Source: Octopus bimaculoides
Taxonomy: Eukaryota
Assembly (NCBI RefSeq): GCF_001194135.2
Contig: NC_068986.1
Span: 67,311,922 to 67,375,921, forward strand
Reading direction: 5' to 3'
DNA: 64,000 nt
Each line of letters opens with the position of its first letter. Within the stretch, counting starts at the first letter, position 1. The translations under genes and the position numbers were made by a program. Below the pieces are notes generated by a model. That model did no database searches and was not told the origin of the DNA. It worked only from the letters and a program-made list of their open reading frames with translations. Shown here piece by piece: positions 36,265 through 50,140 of the stretch.

Positions 36265-38437
36265 GCATATGCACACATACATAGGTATCAATATATACAT
36301 TTATTTTCATAATTATTAACATGTATGTATGTAATCGTATAGACATGTACGTAATTACACGCATACATACACGCACACAATACATAAGACTACATTTTTC
36401 GTCTCTTTCTCTTTCGTATACTTCTAGTTGAGCAGAAAAAATATAGAATACAAGTAACACAAATTAATAACAGATATACAAACATATTTATAGCCCAGCC
36501 TATAAAGAAATATAAAATATATCTAACACAAACAGACCGCATGTGAAGTGTTTTACATGAACCTAATGCACCCTACCTCTAGAACACGTGGATAAATTAT
36601 AAAAATGCCCATAAAACGAAGCATATCCTGTTCTACATCAGATCGATAAGAGCATATTTTTGAAACTCCAACATAAAATCTCTCCTCTTACAACAACGTA
36701 GCACGACCCAACACGTTGCTCAGAAAATTTCATTGTATGCATATATGTAAGTTGTGTACTTCGTGATTCAAACGTTTGCATAGGTTGTATTAGTTCGATA
36801 CTTTTTCTGTCGACTTCTCATGCATTGTTTACAGAAAATAATTGACCTTCGATAAATATCGCAACTTAAAAGGAAATTCAATAGAAAAATATTGAACAAA
36901 CCTCTATAAATGTTGTCCAAAAATCAAGAAAGTTTATAGAAGAGCTATGTTAATAACTTACTGCAACGTAAAAGTACAGGTATACTTACACACGCTAATA
37001 CCGAACAAAGACCACTCCATGACTTTCAAATTCAGAAGGCAATAATAGTATGTTTACAAATGCGTTAAACATCACAATACGAATCCCGTGATTCCCGTAT
37101 CGAGAAAAATAGCAACAACATACGCCAAAAACGAACACTTATCATAGAAATCATGTCAGGGAAATAGCATATATGTCGCAAGAGAGACTAACTTTTATGT
37201 TTCAAAAGTAATGAAGTGTAAACAAAATGTGAAAGATAAAATATAAACGATAGAATGATGTGGTTGCCTTATGTTTGTGTGCGCGTATAAAATGATACAT
37301 AATATATATATATATATATANNNNNNNNNNNNNNNNNNNNNNNNNNNNNNNNNNNNNNNNNNNNNNNNNNNNNNNNNNNNNNNNNNNNNNNNNNNNNNNN
37401 NNNNNNNNNNNNNNNNNNNNNNNNNNNNNNNNNNNNNNNNNNNNNNNNNNNNTATATATATATATATATATATTTACAGTATATAATGTATAATAGAGCA
37501 TAATATGATTTTATAATCTCTGCTTCACTTGTGCGAGCAAAGGATTTATTAATAATCTTTTCTACAAATATCCGGGTACATGACGTCAGAAAAGGAACGG
37601 GAACATAAAGCACAAAAACGGAGTTTTTTTTACAGACAGCAGAATGAACACATAAGAAAACAGACGAGCCAATTATGGAACTTTTCCTTCATCAGCTGTC
37701 TCTATTCTAAACTAGGCGTCTCGAAGATGAGGCAATATATACACACACATATATATATGTATACGTATGAGCGTGTGTATGTATGCATATATGTATTCTA
37801 ACACAAGAACGCAAAATTAAGATTGATATGTGTCCGCAAGTTAAGGAATGCTGAATCCAGGTTGTTTTGTTTTACATGAACAATGACACAACCCTAATAT
37901 GTGATCAGACAATATGTGCAAATGAGAAAATAGTAAAATGACTAAAGCCTCTAGTAGTATTGCGTGACAACAACATTGATATCTAGTGTTTACAGGGGGT
38001 TAGACATCTGCATGACCATATCTAATTACAAATGACCGTTCCAAATGTAAAAGCCAAAGTGATGATTTGGCAATCTTATTTCGTTCCTCTTTTACACAGT
38101 GTCTCGATGTGTGCATTTCTTCCTTTTCCTCTATCACTTTCTGTCTATGGACGTATATATGTGTGAGTTTGTAGGTGTGTATGTATGCACATACAAATAT
38201 ATATGTATATGCGCATATGTATATATCATATATCAATTAGATAATTATATATATGTATGTATATACATTTGAATATTCGTACACCCTCCACACACACACA
38301 CAACATACACAGACATAGTCTGTGTCTATGAATGAACTTGTGTGAGTATATGTGCATCTGTCTTATGTAATGTTCACTGCCTTTCTATTTTTGCAAACGT
38401 GTTTTTAGAGTATACACCTATGCTTGTGCGTACGGCT

Positions 38438-38471
<34 letters not shown>

Positions 38472-38901
38472 TGTGTGTGAGTGTGTGTGAGTGTGTGTGT
38501 GTGTTTGTGTGTGTATGTGTGTATGTGAGTGTATTGTGTAAGTTTGTGTGCATGTTTAATTACGTATTTATGTTTACTTCCGTCAATTTCCTTTGTATTG
38601 CAATCTCCACCTCATGCATACACACTCTTATACATCCAGTGATCCGCTCTACCTCCACCGTTTTCTTTCTCGTCCTTTCAAAAAGTATATACTCATTTCA
38701 TATATATTCCTCTGTTGTTATCTCTTTAAACTTCGGTTGCTTATCTGGCTGTTATTGCTCTTTGTTTGCCTCTAAATCTCTGCCACATTTTCACTCCCTT
38801 TCTGTATCTCTGCTCGTCTTTCAGTTTCACTTTTTGCCTGGCCGTCTTTTGTTTTCTCTCATTTTTTCTTATTCTCTCACTTCTAATTATCNNNNNNNNN
38901 N

Positions 38902-38947
<46 letters not shown>

Positions 38948-38961
38948 ACATCTCTATCTAA

Positions 38962-39009
<48 letters not shown>

Positions 39010-39528
39010 TTCTCTCTCTCTCTCTCCTACTCTCTGTTCGTACAGCCTTTCAATGTCTGTTTATCTTCCCACTTTTGTTTTCTCTATGAATATTTTCCCT
39101 CTTCGCTCCTCAACTGATTTCATCACTAGCTACCTTCATCACTCCTTCCTTACCACTCTCTACTACTTAGTCTCTCTCTGACATTTTACTGTAAATAAGC
39201 ATCAAGAGTATTTAATGCTTCTCTGTTGACCTGCAGTCTCACTTATAAATGGTGTGAACATAAGAAAACTAATTATAAAATCCATTAGTCGTATGCTTGT
39301 TTCACCTCCAATAACAAATAGATTGTAGAGAGGCAACTGCAGCGACATCTGTTGATGAAATTTTGGATAGAGGAAAGAGAAAGGGAAAATCTATCTCCAC
39401 GTTTACTAACTGGACAACATACGTACTGATTCTTCGAGTCCTCTCTCGTATTTCTTTAATACTGGTGATAAATTTATGTAGCTAATGACGCCACAAAATT
39501 TATACATAATACGTACACGTATGCACAT

Positions 39529-39580
<52 letters not shown>

Positions 39581-40407
39581 NNNNNNNNNNNNNNNNNNNN
39601 NNNNNNNNNNNNNNNNNNNNNNNNNNNNNNNNNNNNNNNNNNNNNNNNNNNNNNNNNNNNNNNNNNNNNNNNNNNNNNNNNNNNNNNNNNNNNNNNNNNN
39701 NNNNNNNNNNNNNNNNNNNNNNNNNNNNNNNNNNNNNNNNNNNNNNNNNNNNNNNNNNNNNNNNNNNNNNNNNNNNNNNNNNNNNNNNNNNNNNNNNNNN
39801 NNNNNNNNNNNNNNNNNNNNNNNNNNNNNNNNNNNNNNNNNNNNNNNNNNNNNNNNNNNNNNNNNNNNNNNNNNNNNNNNNNNNNNNNNNNNNNNNNNNN
39901 NNNNNNNNNNNNNNNNNNNNNNNNNNNNNNNNNNNNNNNNNNNNNNNNNNNNNNNNNNNNNNNNNNNNNNNNNNNNNNNNNNNNNNNNNNNNNNNNNNNN
40001 NNNNNNNNNNNNNNNNNNNNNNNNNNNNNNNNNNNNNNNNNNNNNNNNNNNNNNTATATATATATATATATATATATATGTACATGCATACGCAAATATG
40101 TATGTATATATACATATATCATATATATACTCTCTCTGTTACACACACAAAATTGTGGATATTAGTAGAACGGTTGAATTATAGGAAAAAATGTATACTT
40201 TGTATTCTTTATTTACAGGATTTTATGTTCGTATTTCCAGTCTCGCACACTCCACACTGCAACAATTTACTTCTTAATCTAAATTGACAAAATCTACAAT
40301 CCAGATCACCAACATCTCCATTTGTAATGGCTCTACAGGGATCATCTTTATGCTCCACAACCAACTTCACTCACCCTAGATAATTGCTCCTCTTTCTCAC
40401 ATGCTCA

Positions 40408-40500
40408 TTCTTTCTTCTTCTTCTTCTTCTTCTTCTTCTTCTTCTTCTTCTTCTTCTTCTTCTTCTCCTCCTCCTCCTCCTCCTCCTCCTCCTCCTTCTT

Positions 40501-40562
<62 letters not shown>

Positions 40563-40618
40563 CATCATCACTTAGCAGCTGCAGCAGCAGCAGTAGCAGT
40601 AGCAGGAGCAGGAGCAGC

Positions 40619-40654
<36 letters not shown>

Positions 40655-40783
40655 CACTGATCCTCCTGTATTTTCTTTTGCCCAAATCCAGGAACTTTCA
40701 GTACCTTTCTCATAAAGATAAATGCATCAATGAGCTGGTGCTTATAGTTTCAGATTAAGTGAAGGGATTCCAGGTAGAAAGAA

Positions 40784-40833
<50 letters not shown>

Positions 40834-40850
40834 GTAGTAGTAGTAGTATG
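40408..40850. repeat. Compound trinucleotide array (TTC)(TCC)(TTC)(TTA)(TCA)(GCA)(TTA)...(TTA)(GTA), interrupted by a 138-bp copied segment
   Basis: Directly visible; explains the poly-S/P/L/R/K pseudo-ORFs. Confidence 0.95.
40652..40789 (+). repeat. Exact 138-bp copy of 41513-41650
   Basis: Base-for-base identical from ATACACTGATCC to GAATGTTAT; offset 861 bp. Confidence 0.95.
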
Positions 40851-41358
40851 GCTATACCCGCTCGAAACTATCATGAATTTTTTGAAGTCATACGTTTAGA
40901 TAACTTTCAGTGGTTAAAGGCTTGTCCTTTGAATTACAATCACAGTCCATCTCACGGGGTTTTACACAATTTCTGTATACCTAATATCACGCACCAGATT
41001 TGTTTTGACTCAAAGACACTTTCCCAAGGTGCCATACCATAAGATCGAAACCAGTTTCTCGTGGTGGCCAAGGGAACTTCTTAATCTTATATAGACAAAT
41101 TGCTATCTTGTGTTCATAGATTACCAAATCGTCAAAATCTGTTGGATAGCCAGCCACACAGTTGGAAATTTGTTTCCAGAGATGGTAACAGGGATATATG
41201 TAGTCTAGACATTTAACTCTTAAAGTGGTCAGTTTTTGGGTAAGCCGATGCGGTTGGTTGATTTAGGCTTATGCCAAAAGGAGGGGTACTGTTATTTTGA
41301 CGATAAAAAGAGAAGTCAGAGCATAAACTCTCTTTGGTAGAGTGAATGAAAATACATA

Positions 41359-41573
41359 CGAGGGGGGTCCTGAAAGGTTCCTAGCTTTAAGGGCATTACG
41401 AAAGGCCTGGTTGGAGGTCCAACCTTCCGAGTGCTTTTACAGAGCTCGGAAAAACTGAAGGACCCCCTACAACATGTGTGAACGTGAGAGGAGAATGTTG
41501 AATAACATCATAATACACTGATCCTCCTGTATTTTCTTTTGCCCAAATCCAGGAACTTTCAGTACCTTTCTCA
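41359..41573 (+). mobile_element. Mariner-derived MITE
   Basis: TA-CGAGGGGGGTCCTGAAAGGTTCCTAGCTTT ... AAATCCAGGAACTTTCAGTACCTTTCTCA-TA; homologous to 33849-34062. Confidence 0.88.
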
Positions 41574-41769
41574 TAAAGATAAATGCATCAATGAGCTGGT
41601 GCTTATAGTTTCAGATTAAGTGAAGGGATTCCAGGTAGAAAGAATGTTATATTTTGTATGCGTTCCAGAATGTTTGTATACATTTCAGCTTCAACCTTTT
41701 GTCATACGTGTAATTGAACTTCTAGTTTATCAGGGATCAGCAACTGTTTTCAGTTGATAAGTTCTAAAT

Positions 41770-41787
41770 CAGAAAGAGAGAGTGTGA

Positions 41788-41866
<79 letters not shown>

Positions 41867-41920
41867 GGAAAGAGAGAGAAATAGAGTGGGTGAAAGAGAA
41901 AGAAAGAGGGAGAGAGCGTA
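41770..41920. repeat. (GA)n microsatellite
   Basis: Directly visible. Confidence 0.95.
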
Positions 41921-44900
41921 TCATCAATGAAGAGTGATGGAATACTCAGACAGGAAAGATCATATACAAGAAATAGGAGACGTGCTCTCTCTCCTTTAAT
42001 CTTAGACTGGTTCTAATTGAATGGACCAATGTTCCAGCCAAGTCTATTTTCAGACATAGTATATCTCGGATGTTTTTCATATATTCTTTCGTTTCTGAAG
42101 CTGATTGAACGAAATTTGAGTAATATTTGCTTGGTAATTTTTAGGTCGTCAAACATATAATCTCCTTTATTGGTTTGTTATTCGCAATTTTTTTCTTTGG
42201 TGTCTGCGTGGAGATAAAGATGTTGATCTCAAGAACATGGGTAATTTGATTGTGATAGAAGTGTAAATTTGGAAGCAAGACAGGTAAACGAAGATGCATG
42301 TTTGTTCAGTATAACTGCGTCAAGCGAGTAATATGGGAATTTTGCAAAAAAAAACATCTTAGAAGAGAAATGAAGGATAAAAGTATCCCACTACAGATAT
42401 AAAGCAGGAACAGAAGATCGAGTTTGTAGCGTTTATGGTGCAAATAAAGGAATGGAAATGACACTTATTTTACCGGTCACAGAGGACAAATGATGGTGTT
42501 GTTGAAAGGTTTAAGCATCATACATCAAATCAATAAAATCAATCTGCAAGTGAAACCACATCTCAATTTAAATGGCTGTGAAGCGTCATTTATTTACATA
42601 GGAAAAGCGCTTGGTCCTTTACATTATTGTTTCAGGGCTCGAAATGTCTGGGAGGAAAGTTTTCTTCAAACCTTAGCCACAACCAGAAAGACTGAAACAG
42701 AATAATTTCTGGTAAAGGTAACCGTAGCACAAGATTATGCGCAGTTCTTAATTGAGTAACATACTAAATGTACCACACAAAAGCTCAGAAGTCAATAAGT
42801 TGGAAGAAATACCAAAGGAAAGGTATCTCCTCTAATGCTTTAAACACTACCCCAGTCTGGTTTGGTACTTTATTTTATGGACCCCGAAATGAGAAATGGC
42901 AAATTTGGCCAAGCAGGATTTGAACTTAGAACGCTGTCAAATATAAATAGTTTCTCAATGATTGATATCAGTTACCCCAACATATAAACAGAAGCTTGTT
43001 GAATGTTGTAAGAGTACATAACTTTCATCATTCTACTTTCAGCAAAACAGTCATTGATACGTTTCTATAAATTGAAATATCACATTGTTAAAATTGCTGA
43101 ACAGTGGATATTTTTACATGAAGTTTACTAATCTTCATTGTCTATTTTTATACAGAAATGTTGACTTCCATTGAAAATCGATGGAACATTGTCATCAATG
43201 ATTTCTCGACTCTAAAACGTTTTTTAAATCATCTACCATTATTATGACGATTGGTTTTGCATACAAAATTGAAAATATCGATGTTTTAGAATAGTTTAGC
43301 ATCATTTAATATAAAATCCATTATCTCGTTCGTTTGCAAGTCACCTATTACAACATATTAAGGATACTTTTTTCTCCTTATTTGATACGAGTTCATATTG
43401 TTGCATAAAGAAAAAACGTTGAAGGTGAATTTTTAATACATAGATTTGTCGGTTAATATAAAATTATTATAGATCTGAATTCTTCGAGAAGCAGAATCAT
43501 GTATTTCCTGCCAAGCAAATGTCGGTAGTTCCAAACAATTCTTTTTGCAATGTTTTTAAATTTGTACAATCAGTCGAAACGTCATGATATCTGACTGATG
43601 AAACAGTCATTCATAACGGTACCGAAAAGTCAATGTCCAGAGGAAAGAAACTAAATTGACTATTCTAATACATTTAGTAAAACGACATAAAATTTAAGTG
43701 GTTTAACAAATTATATTTATACTAGAATGAAATTGTAACTATCTGGAATATCCCATATCATCTACCTCTACGGCGCATACGTTTTCTGTATCCTATGATT
43801 TCCAGATATGACTGATTTCGTAACACTTCTCGGGCCATCCTAGCTATACTATTCTGATCATCCTTACTGTATTTTCCACCACGCCTGCCCCATATATTTT
43901 GATAATTCTGCAATATACCGGTTACTCGGAATCCTCTGCTCGCCTATGTCTTTTCATGAAGCTATTGTCTTTCAACTATTGAAGAACTTTAACCGCTCAG
44001 CCTCATCGGACTCGGTGGGCTCCGAAATAAATAAATGCAACTTCCACTTCAAGACAAATTAAGATAGGATATATTCTCATACATCTTGTTCACGAATATT
44101 GACTTGAACTGCTTATCAGAAAAGAAAAAAAAAATGTGAAAGGAAATTATTTACTCAGAACTCGAGCTCAAGTCACTGACACAACTTGTCAGAAACTTAG
44201 TCTATTTGAGTCATTCTACTTGTGTACTTAAAATCCAACCTCCAATTGAATTCAATTTCAATTCAGAATAGTTACATAAAAACTATAACAATTTCTAATT
44301 GAAAGCTTCCAATAGTTTGTATTGTAGAAAGAGGTATGATGAGAGGATTCAGAACTAAATTTTGCTAAAGTATTCTTTATCCTACATTCCTAATTATATG
44401 TTTCTAATTACATATTCCTAATTATATGAATAATTACATTCCAAAGCATACAACCAAATCCAAATGAACTTGTCATGACATGAATAATTTCATTACGTTA
44501 TTTGAATTATTTTGTTGTGTGTTTTGGTAATAAATGTGGAAAAGGATGCACTTATGTGTGCGTCGGCACGCGCACTCTCTACATAATCTATAGTAAAATG
44601 AGACCTGTGTTCGTCTCTCCGCCCGCTTCACGCTCAGATGCAGATGATTTTCAAATAATTTATTTCTCTTATCTTGTAGATAGAAGGGAAGGCAATGCCC
44701 ATAACATAAATATTTGGCAACTTCGATGCCAAAAATTCGTGTTAGACCGATAAAATTAAGTAAGCAGTAGTGAGATTTGAACTCTGAAGGCAAAGAAATG
44801 GAACAAATATCTTAAGGTATATGGCCCGGTGCTCATTCCCTTTACCGATCACAGTACTGGTACATATATATATATATTGTCGATTATGATGTGATGAAAA

Positions 44901-46249
44901 GCACATATTGTCATCGGCAGGGTTTAAACTCACAGCGCAGTAAGAGGGGAAAACAATGCATGAGACTTTGTTTCACACTCTAAGAACTCCACCAATGTGT
45001 CGCTTACAAAAACGTAAAGTAAAAGTAAACGATAATAAATATTCATTTAGGCAACGTATGGAAAGGGTGCGTGATCAATAGGATTTGTCTTGAACTATCA
45101 ACTGTCAAACACCGATTTACCCTTCACTCTAAAAAGATTGCAATTTTCTATAAGGCGTTTCTGTTATGTCGATAAATGAATCAAGGACAAAATTTTAAAG
45201 GGATTAGCATTCTATCTTCCGGCTACGGTGAAAAAAGTATGAGTTGTTCTCAATAGAGTGGGCCATCCAATAAACTTGAGAATATTTGCAGATCAAAACA
45301 ATTTCAACCGCACAGTCAAGAAGTTACACCGTAATGATGAATACGCAACGTTGTTTATGGAGAGGTCATCTAAATAAATGTTTTTTACCATTTATATACT
45401 GTATTTGTAGAGTATGAAATACAATATTTTTAAAGTAAGCGCTTTAATTTAATAATATTAATAGAGTATTTATGAAACCTCAGCCAAGAAAGACAACGTA
45501 AAATCCAATAATTTACTTTTTCAAAAATCACGTTAATTTAACATGTAAGTTTTAAAAATTAAAACAGACGTAAAATGAATAAGTTACTAATACTTTCAAA
45601 GATCCTTAGTATCTAAACTGAATATACCTTATATTAAAAGTAGCATTCTAAATGGATAAACAATTCAAATTTAAAATTTTGCATTTTGTATCTAGCAAGC
45701 GAAAAGTATCAAATTAACTTTCCATTAATTTAGAAGCATGAATCCATTCCAAACATGGGGCAATGTTATATAAACTTACACGACACATTATTGATGTCCT
45801 TATTGGTTTACGATGTAAGACAATTGGTCAAAGTTTTACTTGCAGTTAAAATTGTGATAAATTCATTTCCAAATCCTATCTGATGTTATATACGAACACA
45901 ATAGATTTGAAATAATTGTGTATAATAAAAAACTCGTTATATCTACTTAGAAGAAATGTTTAGATTGAAACATCATTCAAAGTGTGCAAGACGAACAAGC
46001 AACCAAAACGTTATGATTTTGATTTTGATTGCTATCATTAATGTCAACATATAAAAGTGTCATCGCGAGAGGATACCCACTTACACACACACACGTAAAT
46101 TCTTCTACTAACTATGTGCCTGTTATAAATATATCTGTGTATGCATATATTTTTATATGTGTATATATGTGTGCATTCTGAAATGTTCGTCGTCATGTGT
46201 ATCTGAATATGTGTTGTTAATCCTATAGATACCGACCCCGGGTGAAATA

Positions 46250-46385
46250 GGTAGCGGCATTTCGTTCGTTTTTACGTTCTGAGTTCAAATTCTGCTGCGG
46301 TAACTTTTGCCTGTCATTCTTTCAGAATCGATAAAATAAGTACCAGTTGATAATTCCGAAATTGGTTCCTTTTTAACATTAGAAT
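46250..46385 (+). mobile_element. SINE family A (diverged)
   Basis: TTACGTTCTGAGTTCAAATTCTGCTGCGGTAACTTTTGCC...GATAAAATAAGTACCAGTT. Confidence 0.75.
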
Positions 46386-47008
46386 TATTTTCGTATTGAA
46401 TACTAATCTAGGTTCCACTTCAGGGAACTCTAAATATTCCATTTGTATCTCACATGACAACATCTGATTAATATTGGTATTAAACAACACTCCTACACAT
46501 TCCTACACATTCTTAACAATTCAGATTCTGGTATGGACATATACTTATATATNNNNNNNNNNNNNNNNNNNNNNNNNNNNNNNNNNNNNNNNNNNNNNNN
46601 NNNNNNNNNNNNNNNNNNNNNNNNNNNNNNNNNNNNNNNNNNNNNNNNNNNNNNNNNNNNNNNNNNNNNNNNNNNNNNNNNNNNNNNNNNNNNNNNNNNN
46701 NNNNNNNNNNNNNNNNNNNNNNNNNNNNNNNNNNNNNNNNNNNNNNNNNNNNNNNNNNNNNNNNNNNNNNNNNNNNNNNNNNNNNNNNNNNNNNNNNNNN
46801 NNNNNNNNNNNNNNNNNNNNNNNNNNNNNNNNNNNNNNNNNNNNNNNNNNNNNNNNNNNNNNNNNNNNNNNNNNNNNNNNNNNNNNNNNNNNNNNNNNNN
46901 NNNNNNNNNNNNNNNNNNNNNNNNNNNNNNNNNNNNNNNNNNNNNNNNNNNNNNNNNNNNNNNNNGTGTGTGTCTGTATGTGTGTGTATGTGTGTGTGTG
47001 TGTGTGTG

Positions 47009-48115
47009 TAAGAAGGGGTCTGAAAAGTTCATAGGCTGACTACATGACTATGAAGGAGTAATACTAGAGCTGTGAAATCTACATGCAATAATTTCATCTT
47101 CTCATGTCAAGTCATTGCTTCTTTCTAGGTGAAATAACATCTGACTGTCTAAAGAAAACCTTAAAAGCAACTAGTAGCGACTTCTCTTAAAAATGAAGAA
47201 AATTTGGCTTCGTGATGTTATCAAGTACCTGAATAAAAGTGTCTAGTTCCTAAGGACATTCATGCTGACATAGTCGCTACATTAGTGGGTGATGCCTCAC
47301 CTTTATTAGCAGTGCAAATGTTGGCAACTTAATTTAGGTATGGTAAGGAGAGTCTGGGGTGTGACCCAAGATCTGGACGTCCTGCAACTGCCACCAGGCG
47401 GCTGACTACAAATAAAATACCCCGTGCTATTAGCATATCCAATGAGTGAGTTGAGAATATTCTGCACAATGAACTTAGCATGACGAACGTTTTCGCTCGG
47501 TGGGGCGACGTCTTCTCACACCTGATCAAAAGCACACCAGAGTCATCATATCACGTGAGAAATCTGTTATTGTCTGATGCAAGTCCTGATGGTTTCCTTG
47601 AACGTTTCCTAAGCCAGGACGAATGTTGATTTCTTCACTTTCAGCTAGAGACACAGAGATAATCTATTTTATCGAAACACCCCTAATCGCTGCTCCAACT
47701 AAAGCCAAGATGGTTTCAACGACAGGGAAGGTGATGGTCTCAGTATTTTGGAGTGTAGTATGCCAACTTTCTTTGACACTTACGAAAGGTTATCATGACC
47801 AAACTGACAAAAGTTATCTTCTTTCAGTAGGACAATGCTCAAACCACGCAACTCCTTGCTTCCAGTGGCTGCTGTTGCTTTGAACTGGTTGATTATCCTC
47901 CCTGTTCTCCTGATTTAGACCCATCAGTCTATTATCTGTTTCTCAATATTAAAAAGCACTTGGCTGGTAACCAGGATCGCAGTGATGATGATATCACATT
48001 TACTGTTGATGACTTTTTCGAGCAGCAGGATGAAGGCTTCTTCACCAATGAGATCCAAGACTGCAACACCGATGGAAGAAGTGTATAGACCACAAGAGGG
48101 ACTATATAGAAACAT
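47009..48115 (+). mobile_element. Mariner (DD34D) element: 5' TIR plus nearly full-length transposase pseudogene with internal deletions
   Basis: TIR-like GGGGTCTGAAAAGTTCATAGGCTGAC. MKKIWLRDVIKY...DPRSGRPATAT...ARW..RLLTPDQKHTR...FLSQDEC*...KAKMVSTTGKVMVSVFW...FQ*DNA...ELVDYPPCSPDLDPSVYYLFLNIKKHL...RWKKCIDHKRDYIE. No clear 3' TIR. Confidence 0.9.
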
Positions 48116-49774
48116 ATAATTCAGGTAAAAACCTTGTAGAATGTTATGCAAAACTCGTCCGCAGTTATTGTCTGTCTGTCTGATTTCATCATACAGTGGG
48201 AAAGCTCCAGCTACTGTATATATATTAAGAATACTATAATATCCATAGAGTTTATATAAACAGACAAATGAAAGAAGATCGACAAATATAAACGGGCTAG
48301 AAAATAAAAACATTGGGTGCATATGTGTGTGTAAGTGTTTGTGTGTGTGTATGTGTATGCGTTTGTGTGTGTGAAAATGTGTATGTAAGTATATGTTATA
48401 TTTTATTTTTCATTTTATTATTTAGTCTCTTTTATCAATTCTTATAATCTGACCCTTGAGATAGGATGGAAATTCATAATAGGCTAACGCTTTTCTTTTC
48501 TTTTACCAATTTTATATCTATACATTTTGTATTTTGGTTGTAATTGTGTCTTGTCTGTTACTATATCTATGGTTTTAGTTTTGTATGTAAGCTGCTTGGA
48601 ATAACACATTACTCTGGGTATACATTCTCTAGCCGAGTGAAATGATGGGAGATTCTGCGAAGAACTTATTTAAGCAATCACCTAAGGAGGAGCTTTCCAC
48701 ACCTTGCATATAGGATAACGATTGTCCAATATCTCACCTGTGTACTACAGCTGTTGGAATGTGCCGACACAACTGCAGTGATTTTAAATAAAAACTGTCA
48801 TTAAGTACATTTTGTTTCATTTGTCTGTACACAGACACACACACATACACATACATGCATACATATATATAAATGTGTGTGTGTGCGTGTGTGTGTGTAT
48901 GTGTACATGTGTGTATATACACCTACCTACCTACCTACATATATATATATATATANNNNNNNNNNNNNNNNNNNNNNNNNNNNNNNNNNNNNNNNNNNNN
49001 NNNNNNNNNNNNNNNNNNNNNNNNNNNNNNNNNNNNNNNNNNNNNNNNNNNNNNNNNNNNNNNNNNNNNNNNNNNNNNNNNNNNNNNNNNNNNNNNNNNN
49101 NNNNNNNNNNNNNNNNNNNNNNNNNNNNNTATATACACATACATACTTGCATACAAATATATATACACACTCATGCACGCTTTTTCTCATGTGAGGAATT
49201 TTTAAATCTACAAAAATTGCTATATCCAATACAGTAAAGTAACTAAATCAATTCTTCGATATAAAGTATATCTAAAAATAAATGGTAGCTCTCTGATTTC
49301 GGTAAAGAAAGCAATGTATGTTTTGGCATCTTTGGAAAAACAATAACAATTATATCGAAGTCTTCCATATGATTATGAAAAATGCAAGTTACTTTTAAAA
49401 AAATTGCGAAAAGTTCTTTAAAAATTGTATGTAGTGATGACTAATACACCTAGAAACCTTTCTCTTATTGGTAGAAAATATCGAATTAATTTTAAGGAAC
49501 TTTATAAGAAAGGTAGTCCTTATTATTAATTTCTGAGTAAAATAGATATAGAATAGAAATGTGTACGCATACAAGCTTTTGGTTGTAGATAGGAAGTACA
49601 TCGGAAATATATCATATATTTTAGGGTCCTTTTTACGTTCTGACTTCAAAACGCCCTTATATCCGTTTTGTATATCATCCTTCCGGATCGAAATCGTTAA
49701 AAATATTGCGATTGGCGTAATCGACATATTTTGAAATTTGTAATATAAATAGATATGTGCAGGTAAAAAGATTG

Positions 49775-50140
49775 TTTAGTAAAAAGATTGCTTCCGAACA
49801 GCATGGTTCTGGGTTCCGTCCTACTGCTTGGCACCTCGAGCAAGTGTCTTCTACTATAGCTTCGGGCTGGCCGAAACCTTGTGAGTGGATTTGGTAGACG
49901 GAAACTGAAAGAACCCTTCGTATATTTATATGCACATGTATTTATGTTTTTGTATCTGTTTGTCACACCACTATCGCTGGACAACCGGTGCTGTTGTGTT
50001 TATGTCCCCATAACTTAGCGGTTCGGCAAAAGGTTCGATAGAATAGATACAAGGCTTACAAAAAATAAGTCCTGGGGTCGATTCCTGCGACTAAAAGCCC
50101 TTCGTTGATCTTCAGTCAAATGACTGAAACAAGTAACAGA
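49775..50140 (+). mobile_element. SINE family B, near full length
   Basis: tRNA-like head (GGTTCTGGGTTCCGTCC), body CTACTATAGC..GGATTTGGTAGACGGAAACTGAAAGAA, 3' part CTTAGCGGTTCGGCAAAAG...CCTGGGGTCGAT, terminal hairpin TTCAGTCAAATGACTGAA. Confidence 0.92.

Noticed and set aside
38342-39181. 279-aa ORF
   Set aside because: Composed of (TG)n, CT-rich low complexity, a gap and (TCTA)n; stop-poor by composition.
41120-41184. 65-nt plus-strand exon-like segment
   Set aside because: No homology; shows that pseudo-exons occur on both strands.
43570-43610. GAAACGTC...CTGATGA in type II hammerhead order
   Set aside because: The flanking CAGTC copies are direct rather than complementary as required; stems cannot form.
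48738-48772. 35-nt minus-strand segment with CAG|GTGAGA donor
   Set aside because: Too short to evaluate; no linked exons.
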